A stretch of DNA of 64,000 nt from Okamejei kenojei (lineage: Eukaryota): assembly GCA_035221665.1 (NCBI GenBank), contig CM069135.1, positions 24,242,001-24,306,000 on the forward strand. The letters are read 5' to 3'. The notes under the pieces were generated by a model, which was given only the letters and a program-made list of their open reading frames with translations, searched no databases and was not told where the DNA came from. Each line of letters opens with the position of its first letter. The stretch's first letter is position 1. A program made the position numbers and the translations under genes. This document shows, piece by piece, positions 48,025 to 61,915 of the stretch.

Positions 48025-48330
48025 TGTGAGAACGGACATTGGTGTTAAAATTTATCAGCACATTTGCTGCAGCAACATGGCCTTTGACCACATTAGTAAG
48101 AGTGTATTCAAAGATGAAGACCTCAAACCAAGTTAATGGTCCAGGGAAATGCAGAGATCCTTGCCCTCCTGTACCTTTAGAGTAATTGACAATCTACAAC
48201 CTCAAAACATTTGAGTTCCACACACCACAAAAACCTTCCTTTCCACTGCAGAAAAGAGTGTCAATCTCTTTTCTTCGGCCAAAATCCACAGCACTCACTG
48301 AGGCTTTCAAACGGTTTCAATAGGTGAGTC

Positions 48331-48491
48331 GCAAAATGTGTAAGAAGGAACTGCAGATGCTGGTTTAATTCGAAGATAGACAGAAGATCAGTCTGAAGAA
48401 GGGTCTCGACCCGAAACGTCACCCATTCCTTCTCTCCAGAGATGCTGGCGTTGCCTGTCCTGCTGAGTTACTCCAGGATTTTGTGTATCTC
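48331..48491 (+). mobile_element. Penelope-derived mini-element with hammerhead ribozyme core
   Basis: 13-bp TSD CAATAGGTGAGTC (48318-48330 and 48492-48504); CTGAAGA-A-GGGTC TC GACCC-GAAA-CGTC at 48393-48420. Confidence 0.75.
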
Positions 48492-49969
48492 CAATAGGTG
48501 AGTCAAATTGTTCCCACATCTGGCACCAGACGTCTTGACACAAACACAATACTCTGAGCTCATTTCAATGAGACTCATCATGAAGGCAGCAAAAAATCCT
48601 TAAGGATGTCCTCAAAGTCTTGAATAAATGTAAATCCAAGCCAACCAGTAGGTGTCCCAGCTCCAAGAAGCATCCGTCAGAGAGGCATCAAGGATAATCC
48701 AACCACTTGGAGCCTCGCACAAACAGTGGGAGGAGCATGCAATTGTTTAATCAACCCTTCAACCACTAAAAAGCTTTACTTGTCCCACTCTGGTAGATTC
48801 CATGCATCCTAATTGCCATCTCAGGAGCCACATAACTGTAGAGGAAGCAAGTCAACCGCGACCCTCAGGGGCTCTCTACGAAGCACATTTGTAACACATC
48901 CATTCTACAATTTGCAAAAGCCAATATTGTACAGTTCTAGATTCCAGTTGCCAGATGTCACAGAGGGGAAATAGAGAGGCTAACAACTGCACAAGAATCA
49001 AAACCAGCAGCAAAAAATAATGAAGAACAAGCATAAATAAACACCCAGGAGAGAGAGCAGAGAGGCCAACTGCAATGGAATGTCATCTCCGATTTCATGC
49101 TCAAATCTGAGCGCTTCTTAAACCCAGAACCTTCTGCTCCAGAAACAAAAGTGCTCCCAGAAGTAGGAGCACAGGATTGGATTGCTCACCTGTGTTGATT
49201 GCAGCAAATAAAGCAAAACACGATTCAACCTTTTTAACAGCTTATCCAGTTGTGCGAATCAGCAGATGCGAGGATATTTTATTCCATTTTACGGTGGCAT
49301 GGGATGTAGATATATCTTGTGCAATTGAAGGGATACCATGGTCCAATTGGCGAGGGAGAGAGAGAGGGAGAGAAGGAGGAACAAAAGGGAGTGTGTTCCT
49401 ACTATGTGGAAGCCGTACTCAATGATGTACAGGGTATTTTTTCTCATGGAATTAGGAATTATCGAGTGGGTACAGGCGTACTTGCTATTCAAAGGCAACT
49501 GTATCCCAATAAGGAGTTCATTCCAAAGTAAGTAGCAATTGAAGGGAGAATTGTTTCCCTTCAACAAACTCAATTTCAGGTGTCAGATCACTGATGGACT
49601 GTAAAACAACTTATGATCTAATGAAATAAAAAGAAATAACCCTTCAGCCCTTGTGCTTGCTCCATGATCCAATAAAATTGTGGGTGATCTTTTATCTTAG
49701 CACTACATTCTTACATTAACTCCAGAACTCCTAATTTCTTTAATGTCTAGAAATCTTATTAATCGTTATCTTGATAATACTCAGTGACCTAGTGCCCAAA
49801 AATGCATCACCGTTTATATGAATAGATTTCTTCTCATCCCTGTCCTGTCAGAGACCATGGAGCATTTGAGGAGAGGCCAGAAAGTCCAGGTACATATGAA
49901 AGGCAGTCAGGAGACCTCAGAAATATCCATGAGATAAGTTTGAGATGTCAATAGAGGCCGAGACAGTGG

Positions 49970-52900
49970 ACAATAGGTGCAGGAGAAGGCCATTTGGCCC
50001 TTCGAGCCATTCAATGTGATCATGGCTGATCATCCACAATCAGTACCCCATTACTGCCTTCTCACCATATCCCTTGACCCCTCTATCTTTAAGAGCTCTG
50101 TCTAGTTCTTTCTTGAAAGTATCCAGAGAGCCTGCCTCCACCGCCCTCTGAAGCAGAGAATTCCACAGACGCACAACTCTCTGTGAGAAAAAGTGTTTCC
50201 TCGTTTCCATTCTGAATGGCTTACCCCTTATTCTTAAATAGTGGCCCCTGGTTCTGGACTCCCCCAACATCGGGAACATGTTTCCTGCCTCTAGTGAGTT
50301 CAGACCCTTAATAATCTTATATGTTTCAATAAGATCCCCTCTCATCCTAAATTCCAGAGTATACAAGCCCAGCAGCTCCATTCTATCAACATATGACAGT
50401 CCCGCCATCCCGGGATTCAACCTGGTGATCCAACACTGCACCTCCTCAATAGCAAGAATGTCCTTCCTCAAATTGGGAGACCAAAACTGCACACAATACT
50501 CCAGGTGTGGTCTCACTAGGGCCCTGTCCAACAACTGCAAAAGGGCCTCTTTGCTGCTATACTCAACTCCTCTTGTTATGAAGGCCAACATGCCATTTGC
50601 TTTCTTCACTGCCTGCTGTACCTGCATCCTTACTTTCATTGACTGATGAACAAGAACCCCCCATTGTATTTCCCCCTTTTCCAACTTGACTCCATTTAGA
50701 TAATAATCTGTCTTCCTGTTTTTGCCACCAAAGTGGACAATCTCACATTTATCCACATTAAACTGCATCTGCCATGCATCTGCCCACTCACCCAACCTGT
50801 GCAAGTCACCCTGCATCCTCATAGCATCACACTGCCACCCAGCTTTGTGTCATCTGCAAATTTGCTAATGTTACTTTGAATCATAGAAACATAGAAACAT
50901 AGAAAATAGGTGCAGGAGGAGGCCATTCAGCCCTTCGAGCCAGCACCGCCATTCATTGTGATCATGGCTGATTGTCCGCTATCAATAACCCGTGCCTGCC
51001 TTCTCCCCATATCCCTTGACTCCACTAGCCCCTAGAGCTCTATCCAACTCTCTCTTAAATCCATCCAGTGATTTGGCCTACACTGCCCTCTGTGGCAGGG
51101 AATTCCATAAATTCACAACTCTCTGGGTAAAAAAGCTTTTTCTCACCTCAGTCTTAAATTACCTCCCCTTTATTCTAAGGCTGTGGCCCCTGGTTCTGGA
51201 CTCACCCAACATTGGGAACATTTTTCCTGCATCTAGCGTGTCCAGTCCTTTTATAATTTTATATGTTTCTATAAGATTCCCCCTCATCCTTCTAAACTCC
51301 AGTGAATACAAGCCTAGTCTTTTCAGTCTTTCCTCATATGACAGTCCCGCCATCCCAGGGATCAATCTCATGAACCTACGCTGCACTGCCTCAATCACAA
51401 GGACGTCCTTCCGCAAATTAGGAGACCAAAACTGTACACAATACTCCAGATGTGGTCTCACCAGAGCCCTATACAACTGCAGAAGAACCTCTTTACTCCT
51501 GTACTGAAATCCTCTTGTTATGAAGGCCAACATTCCATTAGCTTTCTTCACTGCCTGCTGTACCTGCACGCCATCTTTCAGTGACTGGTGTACAAGAACA
51601 CCCAGGTCTCGCTATACCTCCCCCTTACCTAACCTAACCCCATTGAGATAATAATCTGCCCCCTTGTTTTTGCCACCAAAGTGGATAACCTCACACTTAT
51701 CTATATTATACTGCATCTGCCACGCATCTGCCCACTCACTCAACCTGTCCAGGTCCCCCTGCAACCTCCTAACATCCTCTTCACAGTTCACCCACTTCAC
51801 TGCCACCCAGCTTTGTGCCATCCGCAAACTTGCTAGTGTTGCTCCTAATTCCCTCTTCCAAATCATTAATATATATGGTAAACAGTTGCGGCCTCAACAC
51901 CGAGCCTTGCGGCACTCCACTCGCCACTGCCTGCCATTCTGAACAGGACCCGTTCACTCCTACTCTTTGCTTCCGGTCTGCCAATCAATTTTCTATCCAT
52001 GTCAACACCCTACCCCCAATACCATGTGCTCTAATTTTAGTCACCAGTCTCCCATGCAGGACCTTATCAAAGGCTTTCTGAAAGTCTAGATACACTACAT
52101 CCACTGGCACCCCTTCATCCATTTTACTTGTCACATCCTCAAAAAATTCCAGAAGATTGGTCAAGCATGACTTCCCTTTCATAAATCCATGTTGACTTGG
52201 ACTAATCCTTTTACTGCTATCCAAATGTTCCATTATTACCTCTTTAATAATTGACTCCAGCATCTTTCCCACCACCGAAGTCAGGCTAACTGGTCTGTAA
52301 TTCTCCGTTTTCTCTCTCGCTCCTTTCTTGAAAAGTGGGATGACATTAGCTATCCTCCAATCCACAGGAACTGATCCTGAATCTATTGAACATTGGAAAA
52401 TGATCACCAATGTGTCCACTATTTCTAGAGCCACCTCTCTGAGGACCCTGGGATGCAGACCATCAGGCCCAGGGGATTTATCATCAGTCCCATTAGCCTA
52501 CCCAATACTATTTCTCGCCTAATGAAAATTTCTTTCAGTTCCTCTACCCCCTTAGATCTGGTACATCTGGGAGATTGTTTGTGTCCTCCTTAGTGAAGAC
52601 AGATCCGAAGTACCTATTCAACTCTTCTGCCATTTCCTTGTTGCCCATAATTATTTCACCCATGTCTGCCTTCAAGGGACCCACATTTGACTATGCTACT
52701 TTTTTTCCCTTAACATATCTAAATAAACTTTTACTGTCCTTCTTTATATTTCTGGCCAGTTTCCCCTTATACTTCATCTTTTCAGCCCGTATTGCCCGTT
52801 TTGTTTCCTTCTGTTATCCTATGAAAATTTCCCAATCCTCTGGCTTCCGACAACTCTTTGCAGTGTTATACATCTTTTCCTTTAGTTTTATTCTATCCCT

Positions 52901-54556
52901 AACTTCTCTTGTCAGCCACGGTTGCCGCTTACTCCCCTTAGAATCTTTCTTCCGTTTTGGAATGAAATGATCCTGCGTCTTCCGGATTATGCCCAGAAAT
53001 TCCTGCCATTGCTGTTCCACTGTCATTCCTGCTAGGATCCCTTTCCAGTCTACTTTGGTCAGCTCTCCTCTCATGCCTTCATAGTCCCCTTTGTTCAACT
53101 GCATCACTGCCACTTCCGATTTAACGTTCTCCTTCTCAAATTGCAGATTAAAACTAATCATATCCAAGCGGTTCCTTTACCTCGAGTTCTCTTATCATAT
53201 CTGGTTCATTGGACAACACTAAATCCAGAATTGCCTTTGTCCAAACCATTAATATATATTGTAAATAGCTTTGGTCCCAACACCAAGCCTTGCGGTACCC
53301 CACTAGTCACTGCCTGCCATTTTGAAAGGGACCCGTTAATCCCTACTCTTTGTTTCCTGTATGCCAACCAATTTTCTATCCATGTCAGCACCCTACCCCC
53401 AATACCATGTGCTCTAATTCTGCCCACTAATCTCCTATGTGGGACCTTATCAAATGCTTTCTGAAAGTTCAGCTACACCACATCCATTGGCTCTCCCTTG
53501 TCTGTTATCCAGGTTACATCCTCAAAAATTTCCAGAAGATTAGTCAATCATGATTTCCCCTTCGTAAATCCATGCTGACTCAGACCGATCCTGCTACTGT
53601 TATCCAAATGTGCCACTATTTCATCTTTTATAATTGACTCCAGCATCTGCCCCACCACTGATGTCAGGCCAACTGGTCTATAATTCCCCGTTCTCTCTCT
53701 GCCGCCTTTCTTAAAGAGTGGGATAACATTAGCTACCCTCCAATCCACAGGAAGTGATCCTGAATCTATAGAACTTTGGAAAATGATCGGCATTGCATCC
53801 ACAATTTCTAGAGCCATTTCCTGAAGTAACCTGGAATGCAGACCATCAGGCCCTGGGGATTTATCAGCCTTCAGTCCCATCAGTCTACCCAACACCATTT
53901 CCTGCCTAATGTGAATTTCCTTCAGTTCCTCCGCCACCCTAGATGCTCTTGCCACTAGTACATCCGGGAGATTGTTTGCGTCTTCCTTCGTGAAGACGGA
54001 TCCAAAGTACCTGTTCAACTCAACTGCCATTTCCTTGTTCCCCATAATAAATTCACCTTTTTCAGTCTTCAAGGGTCCAACTTTGGTCTTAACTATTTTT
54101 TTCCTCTTCACATACCTAAAGAAGCCTCTATTATCCTCCTTTATATTCTTAGCTAGCTGACCTTCGTACCTCATCTTTTCTCCACGTATTGTCTTTTTAG
54201 TTATCTTCTGTTGCTCTTTAAAAGTTGCCCAATCCTCTGGCTTCCCGCTCATCTTTGCTATGTTATACTTCTTCTCATTTATTTTTATACTGTCCCTGAC
54301 TTCCCTTGTCAGCCACGGTCACCCCTTACTCCCCTTGGAATCTTTCTTCCTCTTTGGAATGAACTGATCCTACGCCTTCTGTATTGTTCCCAGAAATAAC
54401 TGCCATTGTTGCTCCACTGTCATTCCTGCTCGGGTATCTTTCCAGTCAACTTTGGCCAGCTCCTCCCTCATGGGTCCATAGTCCCCTTTCTTCAACTGTG
54501 ATACTGACACCTCCGATTTACCCTCTCCCTCTCAAATTGTAGATTAAAACTTATCA
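49970..54556 (-). mobile_element. CR1 (outer element), 5'-truncated, split by a nested CR1
   Basis: ORF2 pieces 53548-54252, 53206-53427 and 50040-50822 are collinear once 50883-53233 is removed. Confidence 0.9.
50883..53233 (-). mobile_element. CR1 (inner element) nested in a related CR1
   Basis: Has its own (ATAGAAAC)n tail at 50883-50905 and ORF2 fragments at 51159-53167. Confidence 0.9.
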
Positions 54557-56389
54557 AAGGAGGCCAAATATTCTGGAGGAGATCAAGAGGTCAGAGATTC
54601 CAGAAGAAATGAAGAGGGATGTGAGAGACCCATTAGGAGTACTGGTGACCTTCTGAAATGAGGGATGGGCGTGTTGGAATACCAGCAACTGTGCAGAAAT
54701 CAGATATTACGAAACGTACAATTTCAGCAGTATCACAGTGGAATACTACTCTTTTCCAATGTGCAGACTGATCTTCTTGGCAATGAATTCTCTTTTCCTG
54801 CACTTCAAAAGCCATACTGTTTCAATTACCTTTTATGAAAAATGGAAATTGAAAATACCTTCCAGGTCTATCAATAAAACTGGTAATAAACACAATATTA
54901 GCAAATGTTTTTCTAAATCAGAAAATCCTTGCATTTTGGAATATGAATCCAGTAAGTTGACGCCAGAGGAACAGGAATAGATTTCAGAGTCTTGTGAGCC
55001 TTTGCTGCCAATCAGTTAAATTATCACAGATTTGTACTTAAACTTTTTTAAATTCATTTTGCTCGCGCAACCTTAATATTCTTGCCTTAGGGCCGTAGTC
55101 TTTCTCTGTGTTGGCACGTACACGTCAAGCCAGTGAATCTGGAAGAGAGAAAGGTTAGGAGAGACTACATCTGTTGGTGATAGGATCATGAACAATATGG
55201 ACATTTGCCTGGGAACAGATGATAGTTCGATAAAGATGAGTAAGCCTCCAGTAAACATTTGACGTTCTGCTCTAGTTTATGCAGATTATGCACAGAATGT
55301 TTTATTTTTTTAGGTAAATTGAATCAAGCAGTGCTGTAAATAAAAATCTGCAGGAAGAACTCAGCGGGCCTGGCAGCATATGTGATGGGAAATGGGGAGA
55401 TGAGTGTCTCTCTCTGTAATGAATGACTGGAAGGGAGATAGCCAGTAATAAAAAAGGTGAGTGGGTAGGGTAGGAACTGGCACATGATTGATGGACCCAG
55501 ATGAGGAGGAATGGATTGGTGGATGGAGTCAGGTTGAGGAAAGAGAAGTGGAGATAACAACAAAGGCTAGGGCATGATTGGTAGAGGTAATCAGGTGCTG
55601 CAGATAATCGATTGTGATGGGAAAGGAAGGTGGAGTATTTTGTCAAGTAAGGTTTGTGGGGTGGGCGGATATCAATAGTGGTAAGAGGAAACCTGATAGG
55701 AGGAGTGTCTAGATGAGGGACAGATGACACAGATGGGGAATAAGTTGATGAGAGTAATCCTATACTCCAATATTCAACTGTTCATTTCCCTCCACAGAGG
55801 CTGCCAGATTCACTGTTTGTTTGTTTTTTGCTCCAGATTCCAGCATCTGCAGTCTTTGAGTCTACATTGAATAAAAGATTAATAGAGGTGAGCGCCTTGG
55901 TGTATGTACTTAATTTTAGGTTTAGGTATATTATTGTAATATATATTGAGGTACAGTGCAAAACTTTAGTTCAGTTTAATTTATTGTCATGTGTACTGAG
56001 TTACAGTGAAAAGCTTTTGTTGTGTGCTATCTGGTCAGCGGAAAGACAATACATGATTACAATCAAGCCATTTACAATGTATTGATACATGATAATGGAA
56101 TAACATTTAGTGGAAGGTGAAGCCAGTCAAGTATGATCAAAAATAGTCCAAGGGTCACCAATGAGTTAGATCGTAGTTGACTGTTGTGGAAAGATGATTC
56201 AGTTGCCTGATAACAGTTGGGAAGAGGTATGCGTTTTCACACTTCTGTACCTTTTGCCCGATGAGAAGAGGGAGTGGTCAGGCTGTGACTCGCCCTTCAT
56301 TAAGCTGCTGGCCTTGCCAGTGTGAGGTATAAATGGAATCAATGGAAGGGAGGTTGGTTTGTGTGATTTTGTATATTATTTTGTGACTT

Positions 56390-56685
56390 TGGGCCTGGAG
56401 CGGGGCCATACATCGCCCGGCGCGGCTTCAATGGACATTGGACTTAACACCGCCCGCCTGGGGCTTCCACATCGGGAGAGAGATGGTGCGGGGGAGAGAG
56501 AAGAACTTTGCCTTCCATCACAGTGAGGAGGAGATCCACTGTGATGGATGTTTGTGTGAATTTAATTGTTTGCATGTTTTTCTATGAATTGTTCTGTTTG
56601 TTTGTTTGTATGGCTTGTAGAAACGGAGTTTCGTTCGAGCCTCTCTGAGGTTCGAATGACAAGCAATAAAATCAAATCAAATCAT
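56390..56685 (+). mobile_element. GC-rich hairpin retroposon (copy 3, 5'-truncated)
   Basis: TCCATCACAGTG/CACTGTGATGGA hairpin, 3' hairpin and (AAATC)n tail. Confidence 0.75.
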
Positions 56686-57254
56686 ATCCACACAGATCAG
56701 ATATACTACAGATAAATACAATCTTGTCAAACTTGAGGTCAATAGATAGAGCTGCGGGGAATTTATATAGTGCATAATATAATTCTCAGCATTGTCTTGC
56801 ATCAGTTCCATAGACAAAAGTCCAAGTCCAGAACTGTAAAATAATGTCATTTCATCCAGCCCGAAAATCTTATATGACCTTAACTGACCTATGTTTCATT
56901 TATTGATGCAGCCCGCCCTTGCTTCTCCCACACAAATTGTCTCTTAAGTTTTTTTAATTTCAATATTCGTAGTTTCTGTATATTATTTACAGGTGAACCT
57001 TCTGTGCATTTTCTTCTTTTAACCTTGAGACCATCTGCCCAGTTCTTGATTTTGTATGAATATATTATTAGGGTCATTTCATCTATTCTCTGAAAGGATC
57101 CTGTATCCTTGAATAAAATCTCCCAGAACCTTCTTTCTCAAAGTTACAACCCAAGTTACTAAACTTATTGTTAGGCAACTTACATGTGACATGTTAGTTT
57201 AATTGCACTTTCTGAACTGTCTTCTCTGTCTTGCTGTATTGTGGCATCAGTACA

Positions 57255-57856
57255 TCAGATGGTGCTGTATAAATGGCTCCTAAAGACGTTTAGGAGCTGT
57301 TAAAGATGTTACTGGCTGCCTCCGCCCACAGTCTGGTTGTCTTTTGTTATTGTTTAAAGTATGTTTTTTTAGTTTTTTTTCGGTATTTTATGAGGGGGGA
57401 AGAGGGTAGGATAAGTGGAAACCGTCCTTCAGTCACTTCCTGGCGAGGATGCGACTATTATCGGAGTCGCGCCCTCACTCCCCCCCCCACGGCCTACCAA
57501 CTGGATTGCCGCGGCCTTTCCTTCCGGGACCTTCAGCAGCTGCGGAGCTGCGCTCGATACATCGCGGAGTGGGCGAGACCTAACCTGGGATCGCCGCTTG
57601 GGGCTCCGGAGTGTTGGGCCGCTGCTCCAACATCGCAGAGCTGTGGGGAACATCAGTGAGGAGGTTGACTGGACTTTGGTTCCTTTCCTCACAGTGGGGA
57701 ACTTTGGTGCCACTGTGGGGATGTTAGTGTTGTGGACTACTGTGTTCTGTGTTTTTGTGTTTTTGTTTATTATTTGTATGACTAAGGGAAAAATAATTTT
57801 GTTGTCTCTTAATTGAAGACAATGACAATACATTAAATCAAATCAAATCAAATCAA
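57255..57856 (+). mobile_element. GC-rich hairpin retroposon (copy 4)
   Basis: GGCGAGGATGCGACT/AGTCGCGCCCTCACT and TTCCTCACAGTGG/CCACTGTGGGGA hairpins; TGACAATA and (AAATC)n tail. Confidence 0.75.
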
Positions 57857-58190
57857 TGGACCTCAATTTATGCATTGTTCTGTAGCTACTCTGGTATTTC
57901 TGGTGAATATTGTTTAAAAACCATTTCGCTTCGGTAAGGATATAGTCTCTGAAATACCTTAACCTTTTAATCTTTCTCCCTTAAAATTCAAATTCACCTT
58001 ATATTTCTCCAAATTAAGTCTCACTTGCCATTCATCAGCACACTTCACTAATCCCCCTATTATATTTAAATTTCCTCTCACCAATTATCTTTACCTTCGT
58101 ATTCCCCCATGATAAAATGATTATTGGTAACCACCATTGATCCCCACATCATTCCTGTGTCTTCATATTAACTAGCTCTTTTGACCAAGT

Positions 58191-58484
58191 ACAGGAAGTT
58201 CCGCTGTAACGCAATTGTTGCATTTCTAAGAAACCTTGCATTATATTAAAAACTATGAAGACAATTACGTGAAAGGGGTAGGGGGCTGGAGAATTTCAGA
58301 CTCGTGATACCAAAGTTTCCGCCCTCCCCCCCTATGATTTTCAAACACAATGGTCTTTTAACAGCTATAAGTTTATTTTTGTTACTGCAAGGTAAGAAAA
58401 TTAAAGGGTATATGTAATGTTGTTTTACACAATAGAAGTGATTGCTTCTCAATTTAAATAGCCATCTGCGGGGAAACTGACTGT
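58191..58484. mobile_element. Possible old Tc1/mariner (Tigger-like) MITE remnant
   Basis: TA|CAGGAAGTTCCGCTGTAACGC start and a weak inverted match at the right end; similar CAGGCAGTTTTGCTATAATG near 58726. Confidence 0.35.
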
Positions 58485-61400
58485 GTTATTTAAATACAGT
58501 TGCACATTATCTGAGCCCAACAAAATTCATGGTCATCTGACCCTACTACCAATTTACCTGATTTATCCCAAAACTCACACATGCACATCGATATCTTCGG
58601 ACCATCAAACTTCACCCCTCCTCAGTCACCAGTCACACACTGGCCCCATGGCTGTTGCAGGTGACGTAGCTAGAACTGGCTTGCCTATTTAAAACAAAAA
58701 AAAAACTTTTCACATATTCCATTCGCAGGCAGTTTTGCTATAATGTCCATATCACAGATTGGCTATAACGCCATTAATGATTTAGGTAACACCGTTTGTA
58801 TTATGTGGGTCGAATTGGTTATAATGTGATTTCCATCCGGAACTAGAGAATTACTTAAAAGTTACTTTGGAAATTGACAAGCACAAAAAAAGCTGCCTTA
58901 TCGTGTCTGCTTACTGTGCGAAGGTTACAGTTTCCCCCTCCCCCCCCCAAAAGATTTTTACTACTGTTGATTCAGAAACAGGGATTCATCAGGATGCCAT
59001 GGTGAATTCCCTTACTCATCTGCAAAAAATTGTCTTGGGAGTGTTCATGGTCCATTTGAGAGGGCTGGCCAAGTTTTTGATTTAATATCTTGTCTAAAAA
59101 CAGCACCTCCAACAATGCTCTCTCAGTATTGGACTAAATAACATCATAAAATCTCTGTACTTCTCTTTATAGTGACTACTTTTCTCTCCACTCTTGGTCT
59201 TGATGCAGGCTTTCGAACTGAAAGCCCAACAGTTACCTACTGAATCTCAGCATCTGCATCCTCTTGCGTCTATATCTTTCTCCTGTGTGTACTTATCTAG
59301 ATCCCTCTCAGATGCAACAAATGCTAATTGCCTCAACAAATTATTTGGGTAGCTCATGTCATGTTCTTCCAAATGCGTGCAATAAGAAGAGTTTCCTGAA
59401 TTCCATAGCTGTTTATTACCCGTCTTGAGCTACTCTATATAGGTGACCCGATTAGGAATGTTTTCTAATATTTTAATCATAACTGATGCCCATTGGCCTT
59501 TCTACAGGTATTATTTCCTATGAATTACATGGCTTTGGAGCTCTTTGGGACAAAATCTCCAAAAACATAGACATGTGTTTCCACTGTTGAATAGTTGAGT
59601 GTTTTTCTAATTAAAATTTAAGCAAACTATGTCATAAAATATAAATATTGAAGATAAAGAATCCTGGAAGCACCCAACAGATCTGGCAGTATCTGTGGAG
59701 AGAGAACATTTCAGATCCATGTCAGAAACATTCATCAGACACTGTTGAGATATTTCCAACATTCTGTTGTATTTCAAATTTCTGTGCATCTGTAGATGTT
59801 TGCTTATTAATGTGGCCAGAGAATATTACTTTAGCGAACAGATATGATGTAAAAATCTTGGTACGATTGAAAGCAGTTTTTGCATTGATTTTTTTGTGCC
59901 AATTCTCAATTGTAGATGAGAGGAAAAAAATCTTAGATATTGTAAATGTCAGGTTTCTAAATTGCTTCTCAGTGAGTGCACAGTCAACAACATTTGTGCA
60001 TTAGAAATTTAAGTTGGATAATATACCTATGACATATTGTTGAAATATAATCACTGTTGTGGCTCAGGAAAAGTGAGAAACAATTTTGTGCATGGTTAAC
60101 TGCCACACATAAGAAAATAAATATTGGATATTGGCCTGTACATTGGGTTGAAAGCTTCTTTGAGACGCTGACATCTCATCCTTTACCTGTGTGCAGTGGG
60201 CACATTAGCCTAATGTCTCATCTGGCAGATGACGCCCATCTTTGAATAATTTGGCGAGGTTCTCACAGTATTCCTGGGAAATAATGACATAAAAATCAAC
60301 CTTTAATTTCTAACCCATGTTGGTGAGCATTACTACGGGCCATATTTTTGGAAAACTTGGGCCAATGAGTCAAACTCAATTAGGCACAAAGTTTCTAGCA
60401 TTGATTGCTTACATCGGTGGGAAGTTATCTAACCAATTTTGTGTACCAGCCAAAATTGAACAAAATAATTCTGGCACTAAAGCTATTTTTTTCCTTCCAA
60501 GTTAAATTCCTGCCAAAGAAATATTGTTGCCTGCTCACCCACTGAGGTGGAATTATACTGTTATCCAAAATGACATGTAGTTCTCCAGGTGAAGTCTAGC
60601 CATTAGATTTAGACCCAACAATTCTTACAGCATTATGGAAAACCAATGTCCTTTATATAAAAATATGGAGGCGTGGATAGGGTAGGAGCAAATTTATTTG
60701 GATTATATCAGTGCAGGGAAGTTATAATTAGCAGGAGAACATGTACAAGCTGGGGAACCTTTGTCTAAAAAAATTGACCTAGGCCTCTCACTTTAAGGTT
60801 TGACAGAACATATTTTGAGGAAAATATTACCCCTTGTGGAATTAAGCCAAAACTAGGGATCATAAATATAAGCCTGTTACCAATAAATCAAATAAGGAAT
60901 TCAAGAGGAACCTGAGAAAATATTGAAAATGTGGAACTTGTTACTTCGTGAAATAATTGAGGCAGATGGGAGAAGCCAGAAAAGTAGATGAGGTGTGACA
61001 ATGGAAGGTGAGACGAGGCTCATATGGGACATGACTTGAGCCCAGTGTTTATGCGTCACAACTGTTCTCTAATTCTGTATAATGAATTATGTGTGTCCTT
61101 TATCAGTTACTCTGTACTGCAGAAACAGTTGCTTGCAAACTTGCATGCAGCGTCAAGCCTTTAACTTATTTTCCCTTCTTTTGGTTTCTTGCTCCCATTA
61201 TGAATATTGTGCATTTGTTCCCACATTTGGTTTCATCTGCCCCCTGTTGGCAGAGTGGTCTAAATAAATCAACACAAAAGTTAATTACCTTAACCATTTT
61301 CTTACAGCATTATACAATTGAATTTCTTTTTCACCAAAGTGAAATGATGTAACAACCAATTTGCGGTCACTTCAGGAAGTTAGCCAAGCACTTTGGGGCA

Positions 61401-61915
61401 TGAACCTCCTCTGCCTGGCCCCTCCCCTCTTCCTTTCATTCCCAATGCAATGCTGCTTTTGGAACATCACGGATGAGATTGGATCACATTCTCATCAGAT
61501 AAATCCCATGCTTCACTTTAATTGTTCTTACACTGACTCTTGATGTTACTACCAACCCCCTAACCTCCAGTCTCCTGTTTGTATCCACTAAGTATCCCTT
61601 CGCCCTTGATGCCTCAGTCTCTAACCATGTACCACCTTGTCACTTAATCCGAGTCCTCAAACACAATCCTAGAGTCATCGGGCAATCTTCATCCAATTCG
61701 TGTTTCCCTTTCACTTGACTTAAGTTGCCACTGATCCTTCTCTTTCCAGTTACATCAGTGGAGCATGGGTCCCATGGATGAGCCATCCCACCCCCGGAAC
61801 TTGGTCTCTTGTGCTTTTCCCATATGGCACATTTTAATTCCCAAATGCAAATGGTGACTATTTCTGAGGCTTTAGAACTCAACTACACTTTTCAGCATGA
61901 GGCTTTTAGCTGAAA

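Larger units (their letters stand above)
45900..48880 (+). mobile_element. Ancient RTE-clade LINE fragmented by MITE, SINE and Penelope insertions
   Basis: NGIKQGFVIAPILSSIFL (RT GVKQGCVLAP-like) at 46703; AFDHISKSVFKDEDLKP near 48080. Confidence 0.7.
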
